Notes under the pieces: model-generated
What the model was told of the DNA's origin: nothing
The model's input: only the letters and a program-made list of their open reading frames with translations
Databases searched by the model: none
Origin: Ascidiella aspersa
Lineage: Eukaryota
Assembly: GCA_963924565.1 (NCBI GenBank)
Contig: OZ004613.1
Coordinates: forward strand, 26,846,001 to 26,910,000
Length of the DNA stretch: 64,000 nucleotides
Reading direction: 5' to 3'
Shown here: positions 48,701 through 59,700 of the stretch, piece after piece
Layout of the letters: each line of letters opens with the position of its first letter
How positions within the stretch are numbered: position 1 is the stretch's first letter
Program-made: the position numbers and the translations under genes

Positions 48701-49022
48701 TGTCGGTCTCGTTGACCTTTTTGGCTTTGCAATTCATTATTAATTATCTATTTCGTTTGACACTCCTTTTTTTACCAAGACCACCGTAGTTTGAGCTTGG
48801 GGTTCTAGGTATGTTTTATGAATACAAACTGTCAGCGAAGAAAATTTAGTTTTGTTTCTGTGATATTTAATATTCCATTTTGTATTTTTCAGACCTGGAT
48901 TTGTAAAATACCAACTTCGACTGTTGTCATTGTCTATGTCACAATTGCTACCACCCGAAGTCACCACGACCGTTTCATCCATCCTTTACGAAATCAGCCA
49001 TGACGGTGGTTCCTTGACTTGA
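15079..49022 (+). CDS. ARID1: AT-rich interactive domain protein 1 (ARID1A/B, Osa, BAF250), 25 coding exons, ~2248 aa
   Basis: Manually assembled exons: 15079-15732, 27313-27468, 28306-28473, 29156-29288, 30085-30312, 30680-30922, 31510-31704, 32443-32499, 33339-33498, 33999-34458, 34932-35132, 35933-36093, 36681-37382, 37686-37842, 38219-38326, 38604-38926, 39431-39537, 40462-40633, 42113-42294, 43469-43584, 43917-45445, 45995-46121, 46615-46761, 47273-47403, 48893-49022. All introns are GT-AG and the total is 6747 nt in frame. Diagnostic motifs: TPTLNQLL, the ARID domain, [29 protein letters not shown], and [16 protein letters not shown]. Boundaries in the P/Q-rich exons are less certain than in the conserved ones. 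Confidence 0.93.
21935..22945. repeat. Tandem array, ~186-bp unit, ~5.5 copies
   Basis: Anchor GCGAATTTCGTT recurs at 22025, 22201, 22387, 22574 and 22760; central copies nearly identical, outer copies diverged. Confidence 0.92.
26290..27060. promoter_or_regulatory. Intronic CpG-rich island, candidate alternative ARID1 promoter
   Basis: GCAGCCAATCAG (CCAAT box, ~26380), CACGTG (26408), TTTATTACATCAAAG (26476) and TGACGTCA (26551) lie about 0.8-0.9 kb upstream of exon 2. Confidence 0.5.
28058..28264. mobile_element. Representative copy of an abundant ~200-bp palindromic (foldback) MITE family
   Basis: Arms GCATAAT(A/G)GTT..GTAGTAAGAATATCAAAGCCCATACAGAAGTAGG and their reverse complement. Other full or partial copies at ~19059-19222, 25326-25487, 27960-28055, 28510-28558, 36140-36270, 36588-36650, 43822-43850, 45742-45921, 61078-61235, 63237-63390. 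Confidence 0.8.
29871..30049 (+). mobile_element. tRNA-derived SINE-like repeat
   Basis: GTAGCTCATTTGGTAGAGCG A box and GGTTCGAA B-box remnant; body homologous to the reverse complement of 1511-1735. Confidence 0.75.
31539..31616 (+). repeat. CAA/CAG repeat encoding 26 consecutive glutamines in ARID1 exon 7
   Basis: 78 nt of mixed CAA/CAG codons in frame. Confidence 0.95.
34932..36093 (+). CDS. ARID1: ARID DNA-binding domain exons (34932-35132, 35933-36093)
   Basis: EPGRREF...[21 protein letters not shown]..|[48 protein letters not shown] aligns to the ARID1-type ARID domain. Confidence 0.95.
39715..40203. mobile_element. hAT-type MITE in ARID1 intron 17
   Basis: TIRs CAGGGGTAGGCAAC / GTTGCCCACCCCTG; perfect 8-bp TSD CTCTATAT. 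Confidence 0.88.
41322..41579 (+). ncRNA. SNORA73: H/ACA snoRNA U17/snR30 (SNORA73) copy 1, in ARID1 intron 18
   Basis: The 3' hairpin TTGCAT..ATGCAA encloses m1 ATATTCCT (41511-41518) and m2 AAACCAT (41560-41566) and is followed by ACA+3 nt (41574-41579). The 5' domain is closed by GATAC/GTATC, and CCTGGGAAG..CTTCCCGGCTCTG resembles vertebrate U17. Candidate H box AAATCA at 41420-41425. Confidence 0.88.
42390..42565. repeat. Minisatellite, ~52-bp unit, ~3.5 copies
   Basis: Repeated ttcctttcaagtt(a/t)tagaattttatttta.ggt.aaaat.tttttt. Confidence 0.75.
42700..43325. mobile_element. hAT element (8189-9083 family, opposite orientation) interrupted by a younger MITE
   Basis: Starts CAGTGTTGTAAACAAGTCATT; aagtc repeats; homology to the reverse complement of both ends of 8189-9083. 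Confidence 0.65.
42994..43288. mobile_element. PIF/Harbinger-like MITE
   Basis: 33-bp perfect TIR AAGGCCCGTTTACACTACAGCTGCACTGAGCTG; internal repeats of gctgcac.gggc; the superfamily is inferred from TIR style only. Confidence 0.75.
43917..45445 (+). CDS. ARID1: ARID1 large exon 21 (charged low-complexity region plus start of BAF250_C)
   Basis: 510-aa open frame containing [35 protein letters not shown] and LHWTVCPS, typical of the BAF250 C-terminal domain. Confidence 0.95.
48102..48359 (+). ncRNA. SNORA73: H/ACA snoRNA U17/snR30 (SNORA73) copy 2, in ARID1 intron 24
   Basis: Identical to copy 1 except 3 substitutions in 258 nt; same m1/m2/H/ACA elements; similarity between the copies stops abruptly after ACATTT. 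Confidence 0.88.
48493..48740. mobile_element. Foldback/MITE palindrome in ARID1 intron 24
   Basis: About 58-bp perfect inverted repeat (ATAATGAATTGCAAAGCC..GAGACGTTT) extending imperfectly to ~100 bp per arm. Confidence 0.8.
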
Positions 49023-50366
49023 CAACGTGACCCCACGTAACCCCTGGGCGGCTTGTGACCCAGGGTAACCCCCGTGGGCCGCGTGGGCGAACGTGACACG
49101 GCATTGAGGTTACTGCCGGTCACCACGAATTTGAGAGTTTCAAGAAATGTGCGTTTGTTTGTTTTTTTCCCCTTTTTTGCCCCGCCTCTCTCGCGGTCAC
49201 GTGATATGCATCGCCCCCTTTTTCGTGCTGCTTCTCTCGCTTCGGGCTTGTTTCGGAATCCCTGCTAATTTTTTGTGCGATTACTGTGAAACAGCTTTTC
49301 CCTTTCTTATCAAATGAATTTTTTTGAAATGAAATCTGCTTTGAATAAAATGTTTCTCTCGGGTCAACGATGATTCTGTCGCGCGTCACGACTGTGCAAT
49401 AATATTCCAGAGTCTTTATATAAATCGGAAATCAAACCGCAACCTTTTGTTTTTCCTGAAGGGCGTCAAGCCCAAATTTGCGCAGGAGACATTTTCTCCC
49501 CACCCCTCCAAAAAAAGAAAAAATGTTCATGCGAATACACAATGCTACAAACAGAAAAAAAGATGGCTCTATTTTGTGTATGTGCGTCCATATGCGTTGA
49601 CTTTTCCTCTGCGGCATTCTTTTTCCCCACCCCCCGTATACCATTCGCCGGTTTCGCGTTCGTTATCTCTATTCGGTTCGTTTCTTTTCCCCAAGTTTTA
49701 GTTCAAGATTATCCATTTTCGCGCGCGCTCGTGTGTTTATTATTATCTCTTGTGTTCGTGACGCGTTTTTCGTGCCATCTTCCATTGGCGAATTGCCGGC
49801 GCCTTGATACCGGTTGAGTACCCGGACACAGGCTCTCACTCCCTTATTTTCCCTCGTTCTTGTTTATTTTTGTACCTCATGTTACATTATTAAAACGTGC
49901 AGGACGTCCCTAATATGCAAATCGCCCCGGCAAGGACGCTTTTTGGTGATATTGGATGGCTATTACTGCTGCTACTGCTGATGGCCACAGGGTGCACAGT
50001 AAGCTATTTAGATTAGAGAAGTAGAGCAGAGTTAAGAGGAGTATTTGAGTGACCTAGGGAAACTTTTGTAACGTTTTTAAGGAGTTCGCTAAATTTTTAC
50101 CAGGAATAGTATTGGGTTGGGATATTTTTGTGAATCAGCAGGCCAGAGTTGTTCCTACTTTTTGTATACTTGGAAATTATGTGAGAGCAGCCGCTGGAGC
50201 TTTTGTGTTGTTGCTAAAGTAAATAATTTCGCGACAATGTTTTAAAATTAGGCAACTATTATTTCATGTAATGCGATAAAAGGATGACAATATATATATT
50301 TTTTTTTTTTCGGGTGGGCAGATTGCCTTAATCGCGATGCGGTATCAAATTTATTATTCAAAGATA

Positions 50367-50670
50367 TAGGGATGTCAAGTTGTAATATCGGTGCCGATTC
50401 AAAACCAAATTAAAATTGGAATTTTAGCCATAGGCTATTTGCGACTTTGCGTCACAAGATATATGTATAAGAAAGTAGTCGCTCTAACAACTGGTGGTGG
50501 CTACACAAATCTTAAACGCCAAAGCTAGTTTTTGCCGAATAAGGAGGAAAAAAATCTCTTTTGAAGGTTGTGCTTAATATATTTTGCTGGAGTATAGTAG
50601 TGGCGTCATTTGGTATCGCATCGCGATATAGCCTACTTTGTCCAAAATATAGGTGTCGAAATTAAATGTC
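50367..50670. mobile_element. Degenerate MITE, same family as 2767-3378
   Basis: Begins TAGGGATGTC; tatagtagtggcgtcatttggtatcg is an imperfect reverse complement of 2822-2847. Confidence 0.55.
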
Positions 50671-51690
50671 AAGGATCAAAATTCCTTAACCAAGGCCCTC
50701 TTATCGGGCATTGGTAATTTTTTCCTGATCACCCACACCAAAATTTGATTAGATACGACTTTGCCTGGACTTTTGTGAGGAATCTGTGGCCAGTATTTAA
50801 CATCCCGGTCTGCTTTATGCAGCAATATTATTGTTACTGCACATACATACATACCGGCTTGCATAGCTTTAACAAACAGTCCGACATTGCGCCATTTTTG
50901 CTATATTATAAACAAGCAGCATGGTCCACTACTTCAACGACATTTATGCACGAGATGAATCAACCATTTGAGCTGATGTGCCCCGATCTATCACATTTCA
51001 ATCAACTCAATGTTCACGGAAGAAGCCTCGTCTAGCCCCTTGGGCCACTTTTCGAGGATCTTCGTGGCAATAAAATCGATATTGAAATGTAATTAAAAAA
51101 AAAATTATTGTTTTTCGAAAGTGATTGAAGTAAAATTAATATGGAAGGTATATGCGGTATTTTTGTGACTTGTCTACCGTTTGTAAAATTGTGAATAAGT
51201 TTAAATAGCGCTTTTAAATTAAACTTAGATTTAGCACGATTAGTTCAGCTGCAATTTGACGTAGGCTGTATGTGATAGCAAATATGGGCAATAATACATT
51301 GACGATTTTTTTCTTCTGCACAGACTATGAACAAAAAACTTAAATCGTTCCAGCAACCTGCAAATCACAAAAACTATAGGTATTTTATGACCTGACAGCA
51401 AAATGTCACCACCGGGAAATTGACACTATCTCGAAATGGAAAACAAAGGCATAATAGGCAGGGGCTAGATCAGTGTTTCTTAAACTTTTTGAGACACGCC
51501 CCCCTTTTACAGTTTTAACAAAACTCACGCCCCACCTTGTTGAAAAATAAAAAAACATGAAGCAGAACAGCAATTTATTTCCAGGTAGGTTGCATTAATG
51601 CGTAGGATGTAACTGTTTTTGGATACCAAATGTTTAATTCGAGTATTAGTAGCAGGGAAACATCACTTCGCCTTTATGTTTAGTCATAAC

Positions 51691-52403
51691 TAGGGCCCTC
51701 AAAAGTCAATACAGTTAAAATTTTTTAAGGACCTCGTCTGTCCACGAATCAAAGAATAAAGTTGTTTTCAGCACCTAGGGGACTGTTTCTAAAAAGTTTA
51801 TAGGTTAAAATAAAGTTAAAATTTACAATGAAGTCAAAATTTGTCAAATTATGGCTTTTTACAAAGTTTTTGTGTTTCTTGAGAATAATTTTTGTAAAAA
51901 TCGTCATGAAAGGATTGTAAATCAGGAACTGCGACACAATTAAACCATATTAACCCATAAACGCAGGCAAAATATCACAATGCCCACTTAGACCAGCGAT
52001 AACTTTTATCGCAAATTGTCCATATTTTTATTTATTGTTGCGTATTTAAATAATTCTTATAAAACACTTTATCTTCATAAACGTGGTCTTTTCGAATATC
52101 AACAATTTGGATTTTAGAAATAGCCTACTGACATTCTGTAATACAAAAATGCCTAAGCAAGCTAAATCTATCGCCAAAAACCCGATTTACTTTTTATAAT
52201 CCATAAAACACCTTGACTTTGCGACAAAATATTACGTTTGGGACTGAAATCGTCAAAATATTATGTTTGGGTAACTGGCATCAATTCAAGGAAGAACTGT
52301 GGCCTCTACAAACAAGCAATTTCGTTAGGTTAAAATAAAGTTAAAATTTGATAAAAATAAAGTTAAAAAAACTTTTTTTTAGGTTAAAATAAAAATGGCC
52401 CTA
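51691..52403. mobile_element. Non-autonomous hAT element
   Basis: TIR TAGGGCC / GGCCCTA; perfect 8-bp TSD GTCATAAC; subterminal aggttaaaataaa repeats. Confidence 0.8.
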
Positions 52404-53314
52404 GTCATAACTTATAAACAGTTTCTCGCGCGTGATTTTACTTAAGTTAAAGTTATTGTAACAATGCTATTGAACGGGTTTATTGTTGCAACCTACAGGC
52501 AACAAATGTAAAAACGGCGTTAATCGTTACCCAGTCAAATTGTAAGGGAAAGTTTGGCATCCCACTCTACCAGTGATTATTAGTATTGATCATTATTTTA
52601 TATTATGTGCCTAACTTTCTTGTGCGTTGTTTCAATTTCGTTTCTTGTGACACTGCAGTGACCCACTGGTTAGAATAGAGTGTGATAATCTATTCATATT
52701 TTTTGTAGGGTTTGGTAAGCCAAAAAGCTTGGGAACCACTGGCCTAACGCGACCCAAATACTCTTATATTGCCATTAGCCACCCTATCCGCATTTACGTA
52801 AGCGCTAGAGAGTAAGCGCGATACAGGGCAGATTTGAAATGCGTTGCTGTTGTCAATATCAGCTTAGCTCTGGCAACGCTGCTGAGGTTAATCAATGTGC
52901 GAGTCAGGTATACGCGTGGAAATGCCTTATCGTAAATAGTTAATGAGTAATATCTAACTGAAAACCAGGTCCTTTGCTGATTCGTTGAAAGGAATGGCGG
53001 CATTTTGATGTTCAAGTGCAAATTTGGGTTAAATTGCAAGGTTTTTATTAAGCAATTTTGACGCTAAACGAAATACATTTAATTTGTTGTATCCAATCAC
53101 GTTTTTGAGGTGCTAGACTTTTCGTAATCATAACTTAGCATTTGGTGGATGGTATTAGGTACTTTTGCATTGTGTAGTTTTGAGTTAGTTAGTGTATAGA
53201 ATCTCTTTGATGTTAAAGTATAAAGTAAGGTCACTAGTTATAGTTGATTCATTCAAAACAAAATTATCAGTTTCCTTTTTTTGGTGACATGCTGTCTTGG
53301 ATACTAAACTTAAT

Positions 53315-53487
53315 TGGCGCTGGTCTAACATCCTACCACAAGTTGAAACAATTATTAAAGCAATTTACAATGTTTGGGTTAGGGTCTCGGTTAGTGTTTG
53401 GCTGAGGGTTGGTCATGCTTACCCTACCCAAACGTTAACCCTAACCTAAAATAATGTGCGTTGTGGTAGGATTCTAGACCAGCGCCA
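53315..53487. mobile_element. MITE with telomere-like internal motifs
   Basis: TIR TGGCGCTGGTCTA..ATCCTACCACAA / TTGTGGTAGGAT..TAGACCAGCGCCA; internal GGGTTAGGG and TAACCCTAACC. Confidence 0.7.
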
Positions 53488-53605
53488 TATGTAAGGTGTT
53501 ACCCTAGTTGGTGGCTTAATTCGAAACAAAATTATCAGTTTGCTGTTTTTTGATGACTTGCTGTCTTATATAATAAGTTTTGATAAGCTTTAAACAAGTA
53601 AGAAG

Positions 53606-54513
53606 CCAGTCTGCATGTTTTAATACACCTTACACGGATATCTTGTGTGTGCAGCTGCAAATTTTGAAATGGGCGCATGTGCAATTATGTTTTTTGCACA
53701 CCTTAAGTTGGAAATCCTACTACAATTTAGCTTTTTTAATATTAAAGTGTGCAGTATACCAATTTTAGAAAAAAAAATTGTGTATGCACCTGCCACAAAA
53801 TGCAGACTGGTACCCAATTAATTTATGGACTTCTTGTATATACGAAATGTATTTTTTCTGAGGTAACCAGTAACATCATTTTTATGTTAGGACATCAATA
53901 GCTAACCAAGCAATAAAACTGCACCCATATTGGCTAAGTGATTTTTGCTGTCAGCAAACAAATATATCTCATCATAAACCTATGTAATGTCGTTTCAACT
54001 ATTGGTAGTTCCACTACATAGTATAAGATTGTGTGGTTATCTTTAATTTAAAAGAGTTCTGTGTCAGTGTGCAAATGTGTGTTGTTAGGCATATATATTT
54101 CAACATGTGGAAGTTAGCACATGTGTGCACCAAATTTTGAGTTGTGTACCAGTCTACATTTTTTGTACTTTAAGTCGAGATCTCCAGTGTGCAGCACCAA
54201 AATTTGAGGTGTGCAGGTGTGCAAGCATGATTTTGCACACTTTAGGTTGTAAATTAAACTACAATTTATCTTTTTTCTGATTTTTTGTGAAATTCTAAGT
54301 AAGTGCGCAATATACCAATTCAAATGTGCACAGAATGCAGACTGGGTTGTGTATCGGCTCATTTGAGAATTTTTACACACCAGAGGTTCTATATCTCTCC
54401 ACAAACTCAACCTTTTTTCTAAAGTTCTGGAAGGCAACTAACTTATTTAGGTTTGCACATATATTTTTTAGAAAAAATATCAGGTGTTCACCTGCCACAG
54501 AATGCAGACTGGC
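53606..54513. repeat. Cluster of related TGTGCA-rich MITE-like units
   Basis: Units bounded by CCAGTCT(G/A)CAT / ATGCAGACTGG at ~53606-53810 and ~54149-54345, plus a third right end at ~54513. Confidence 0.55.
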
Positions 54514-54950
54514 CAATAAAGCAATATGTTGTTAGAAAATTTGTCCCATCCCTTCCTTTAATTTATCATCCTTTACTTTGGATTGCATTGCAAGATAATC
54601 TGAATAATCTCATCTTATGACACTTGCATCAAATGTAATCATTGGCAATTTTTATTGCTTTTGACAGGATGCTGACCATTTAAGAATTTGACATTGGCTA
54701 GCATTACAGTGGGAACGACTTCTCTACATTTAACTAATGAAATTACTAAATTAAAATCATCCCAATCTTCTGTTTTTTGACGGTATTTAACATTAGTGAT
54801 TGTCAAAAGCAAGCTTATTAAAGCACAGATCTTTTGCAGAGTTAGACTAAGATTTGTAGAACACATTTAAAATCAAGTCTTTAGTCTGGTGATGTGAAGG
54901 CAAGTCAGATTAAAGTCCCGCAAAGTGTGTTGTAATAATATCTGCAGAAG

Positions 54951-56728
54951 ATGCCGTTTGTCAGGCGAACAATTGAACCTTTAAAGGTTCGCAAGCAAGA
55001 AGTCGGGACAACTGACCCTCCGTATGATTGCCACGATGATGTAAGTATAATAAGAGTTAAAAAATTGCATTTTCTATGTATATTTTGCAACTTGATTTTT
55101 TTTTAACTAATGTTAAAGCTTTGATTTCCTAGATACTATTATGAATTAATATTGATCTATGAAAATAGAACTAAATTAATTGCTTAGCCTTCAAAACCCT
55201 TGCAATATGATTTTATGGTAAAGCATGTTATTTAAATGCAAATTGCAAGTCTACGCAAAGTTCATATACCGGTAAGTTGTTTGATGTTTATCATATACAA
55301 AATTAGAGTTCAACTAAAAATTTTAGAGTTTATATGTGGCTTTTTTGAGACCATTATAACATTTAGAAAAAGGGCTAAACTTGAATAACAGTTTTAAAAT
55401 CAACATAGATTTTGCCCGACCAGATCAGCTGCAATTTGCTGTCAATGGCAGTATATCGCAAATATGGACAATAAAAATGCATCAATGCAAAATTTGTATA
55501 GGTTGTGTTCCATTTAACATAGTAACAGTATAGCCCAAACCACCACTTCAAGCATTACTGTTGTGAAAACTCAGTTTAGCAGGTTTTTAGTTTTGGTTGG
55601 CTGCATTTCAGGTGGTAAACAACTCGCTGGTAAAAGTCTTGAACCAACTGTCATCCTTGACGCTGCATGCCGAGGATATTTTCAGGGAGATCCACCAAGA
55701 ATCAGATGCAATTTTCAAGTAGGCTTCATACGACAATTAAGCAAAAGTTGTAGCCTTGTAATAATTAGAGTTGATTGCACAATACTTTTCCCATGGAAAG
55801 CTTTTAAATATCTTAGGTCACTTTAAAATAAATGCATTTTTATGTCTTCCTAGGGTTGTTGATGTATGTTTGTGTAATTGCTAGCCAGTTAGCCACATTT
55901 GAAAAACTTTATATTGGCACTATGGTTCATTTCTAATTAAAAACAAAATCAGCAACGTTTTAAATTGGATTTATTTGAATTGTAAAACAAATATACAGAT
56001 ATAATTGTCCCAATATTTAGTAATTTCAGTTTATATGTAGGTTACAAATTTTCTGTAAATCTCTTTTAGACAATCCAAATTCTTTAAAATAAGCTTCTGT
56101 TCCTTTGACTGGTAATTGAAACATACAATAGTCCCAATCTTTAGTGACTCCCATGTATATAAAGGTTTTGGATTTTCTGTAAACCTTTTGTAGACAATCA
56201 AATTTTTTTGAAATCAGCTTAGTGGTTGTCAGGCCTAAGTCTTGCATCACTGAATATTCCATTTCGCCCATTCATATTTCCCCAACCATGAATCTCAGGG
56301 GATTAGCCTTCTTCCAATAATTAATGGAAAGTGATCTGCTTTTGGAAACCTAGTTGTGTTGTTTTTACCAAAAAAAATATTTCTACTGACTATGTTGTTT
56401 TTTAGTATGTTTTTAACTGTTTGGTATAATTGTTTCATTTTTTTTTTTTTTTATAAGTTCCTTATTCATAATAATTTTTAACAGAGGTATTTAATTTATT
56501 GTTTTGTGCAGAATGGTATATTTGTTTAAAACCGTTGTGTAGACTGGCATATTTGCTTGAAAAATTGAAACTGTAAAGACATATTAAGTTAAGCATTTTT
56601 TACTTGCTTTAAAAATGTAATTTTTAAACGAGAAAATTATATTTCTAGGAGATGTGTAAGAGTGAGTGGAAGAATTCAGAAATTGCACGAAACTACAATG
56701 AGGCTCAACCCAAAAGAAGTTCAGATTC
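54951..56728 (+). CDS. NHS-like / WAVE-homology-domain (WHD) actin regulator, first three coding exons (partial)
   Basis: Exons 54951-55040, 55612-55718 and 56649-56728 splice in frame to MPFVRRTIEPLKVRKQEVGTTDPPYDCHDD-VVNNSLVKVLNQLSSLTLHAEDIFREIHQESDAIFK-RCVRVSGRIQKLHETTMRLNPKEVQI, which matches the WHD pattern (MPxxxRxIxP..N..L..QLSSL...AEDIF.E..R...L......L.PK). MPF, HA and the overall divergence favour the NHS/NHSL/GUK-holder branch over WAVE. Confidence 0.82.
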
Positions 56729-59700
56729 GTGAGTTGTTTACAACAGTGTTCAGTACTTTCTAGGTGTTTGTAAAATTACTTGCAGAATTAAAAAAAATTA
56801 TGTTTCACAATGAAAGTTACCAGAATGTCTCCATAATTCTGTCAAAAACACAGAAAAATAATAATTGTGTGAATGATTTTCAATTTACCCATAAGTTTAC
56901 AATTATTTTTCAAACACTTTAAAAAAGAAAATTACTACTGTGACAAATCCCAAATTACATTACCATTTGATTTTTCCATTTTGATCAGGTGTAACTAAAC
57001 CTAAATAACTTCACCCATTTTAACCAGTCATCAAAATCATCAAAGCGAATACACACAGATCAGACCGTAAGCAACAAAGCCTGTTGTGCAAAACTCCAAT
57101 GTTGCAAGATGCTATTTATATCAGGCCACCTGCGCCGCTTGTATGTTTGTAGAAGCCGCCGAAGCCTTGTTTTCAAGCGAGCTAATCCACTCAACTTTTC
57201 AAATCGCCGTATCACCATATTAGGTTGCGCCACGCATTGGCCTGCAGCACTTGCCATTGCTGCTCGTCGAGTTACGCCAACTCCTTACTATTGTGTTTAC
57301 AACCTGCCGCCAGGTAGGGTTAGTCACGCCTGGCGAAATTGCGCCTTAACCGGTTACACAATGTTTTTCGGCATTTCGCAACTCTAGCATTGAGCCCTTT
57401 TTTGGTAAACGGAACTCTCGGCTTGTCAATAGACCTATCTGTGAGCTTTTTAGTGAAAATGGATGGTAATTTTTGTCGCATAAATTTCTAGTAAATATTT
57501 AAAGTATAAACAAAAAAAAATAAAAACCAAATAGAAATGCGCCTATATTTGTCAACTTTTTAAAAACATGGTAGTTCACGTCAATTATAAGTTAATATTT
57601 ACAACCGAACACTGAGCTACAATATAAAATGAAATGAATAGCACCCAAACATTAATATGTTCTCAAACATTTGTAATATTCCTCATCAACGTTGCTTAAA
57701 CTCCAAAAATGATAACCTATTAATATTGCAGTCATTCAAAAAACAAAAATTCAACAGAATCCTTTTTAAAATGCCAAAACAAATATTCACACATTTTAGG
57801 CATCACGTAATATCAATTTATTATTATCTCGTTTTGTTGGAGAATAATCTACAAAGATATTGCCCGCCCGCATTAAACAGATTTACGCTGCACAAGAACT
57901 AATCCCATTAGACGCCCGGTTTCTTGAGACGCGTGAAAATTCAAGAATTAGCGCAACGCGACTTAAATTCAGCAACAAAATGAATCCCGTACTATCTTGG
58001 GCCGGATAATGGAATTCTGATTAATCTAGAACTGTTGCTGTGTGACGGACAATATTGATCTGTTTGTGGCTTCGATCTTTTAAAACACGAAATCGTTCGA
58101 CTGTATCGCAGTGGTGGGATCTAAAATTTTGCGATTTAGTAACTCTGCGGCAAATTTCGATTTCAAATAAGCCAACGATGGTTCGTGGTATAGCTCAGTG
58201 GTTAGGTTTGTTCAACTTGAATGCGCCTCTTATTTCGTGGACTTCCAAAGGGATGTTCTAGCTTCATTTTAACGTGAAACAAATCGATTGTTTTGGCTAA
58301 AATTACTATTGCCATATCCGATATATTCTTGGTCTAATAAACAAGATAATCAGGACATACTAGGTTGAAATTTTGCACTGAATTGCATTCATTTAATAAC
58401 GTCGTGGATACAAACCTTGTATCGGAAGAGGACCAATATTGGTTATCGGCCACAATGCGACCCTACACTATCAAACATATTTTCACACGAATTTCTGCAT
58501 GTTAAATTTTGTGTAATTGCAAAATCAAGCGGTATAGACTCAGACGTGAGTTTCCTATTCTTTAACAAACAAGATATTTTAGTATAACTTGCTATCGCAT
58601 TAGTCTTACTCTTTTAATTATAAAAATCAGTGAAATGTTCATGTGATTGATTGTCAGCTTAAGCCTATAACAAATTAATCCACCAATAAACCACATCCGA
58701 CAGCACTTGGCTTATATTTCCTGAGTGTCAGACGTTCGATTAACCCGCTGATGCCTTTACAATTAAACTCCCGGGCGCTTAGCGTAGGTTTGCGTTGTAT
58801 GCGTTGATGCCCTTGGACTCGATTGACCTTTCCTTGATCCAATAAAAAAGTTGAAATGCATCCGATTTGTAAAAGTTGAGGCCGCGTAGTGTTACTCCTA
58901 TAAAATTTGACAACGCACGCATTAAGGCGGTCTTTAAGCGTTTGTACCCTTTTTATACATAATTCAACCTAAAACTTTTATTAAAGCAGAACCGTGCTGA
59001 CGTGCTGTATTAGTCCATTTTACAGGCGATTATGCTTTTTTGAAAACTATTGCAACACTGACGGGGCTCTGGCATTTGTTTTATAATGTGTGCAGATATT
59101 TGCTTCTTGCTTTTTATTGTTTTTTTAGAAACCTTTTGCTTGATTTTTATTTTACTACCCGTGCAAAACCATCAATTACTCGATAAGTGTGTTAAAAATG
59201 CAGTATGCTAAGCAGAGGCAATTTTCAAGGTTTTGTTTACTGACAATTGGCATACATCAAATTCACAACAAATCCCAAAGTGTATTATTATCAAAAGAAT
59301 CGCCAATTCCTCGTCGCTAGGAAAACTTCCAAATCATCAAAAAACATCTTCGCAAAACCGATCCCCTTAACGTGAGTTAAGTTGTTTATTTCCTTCACGC
59401 TAAATCAATCGTACGAAAGGCTTTCGTCTGGATTCGCTCGTCGGGGAAACACTTAAATCTCTACAACTTCCTTTTGCGATGGAAAGTCAATATTTCGTTC
59501 TAGTCTAGCGATGCCGGCGTTTAAGGGCCATTACATTTAAACCATGTCCGAGCGATTTCGTTTGTCATCTTTGACTCACGTTTTTTGCCCACCGCCGGCG
59601 CCTTGTAAAATGCCCCTTTTTATAAAGTGTTTGGGCTATTTGTTTGTGAAACATCGCAGGACCTGTTTTTTTATGGCTTGTTAAAGTTGGCGGTAAAATG

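Noticed and set aside
58180-58250. tRNA-like TAGCTCAGTGGTTAG
   Set aside because: Only an A-box/D-arm resemblance; no T-arm GTTCRA at the right distance and no acceptor stem.
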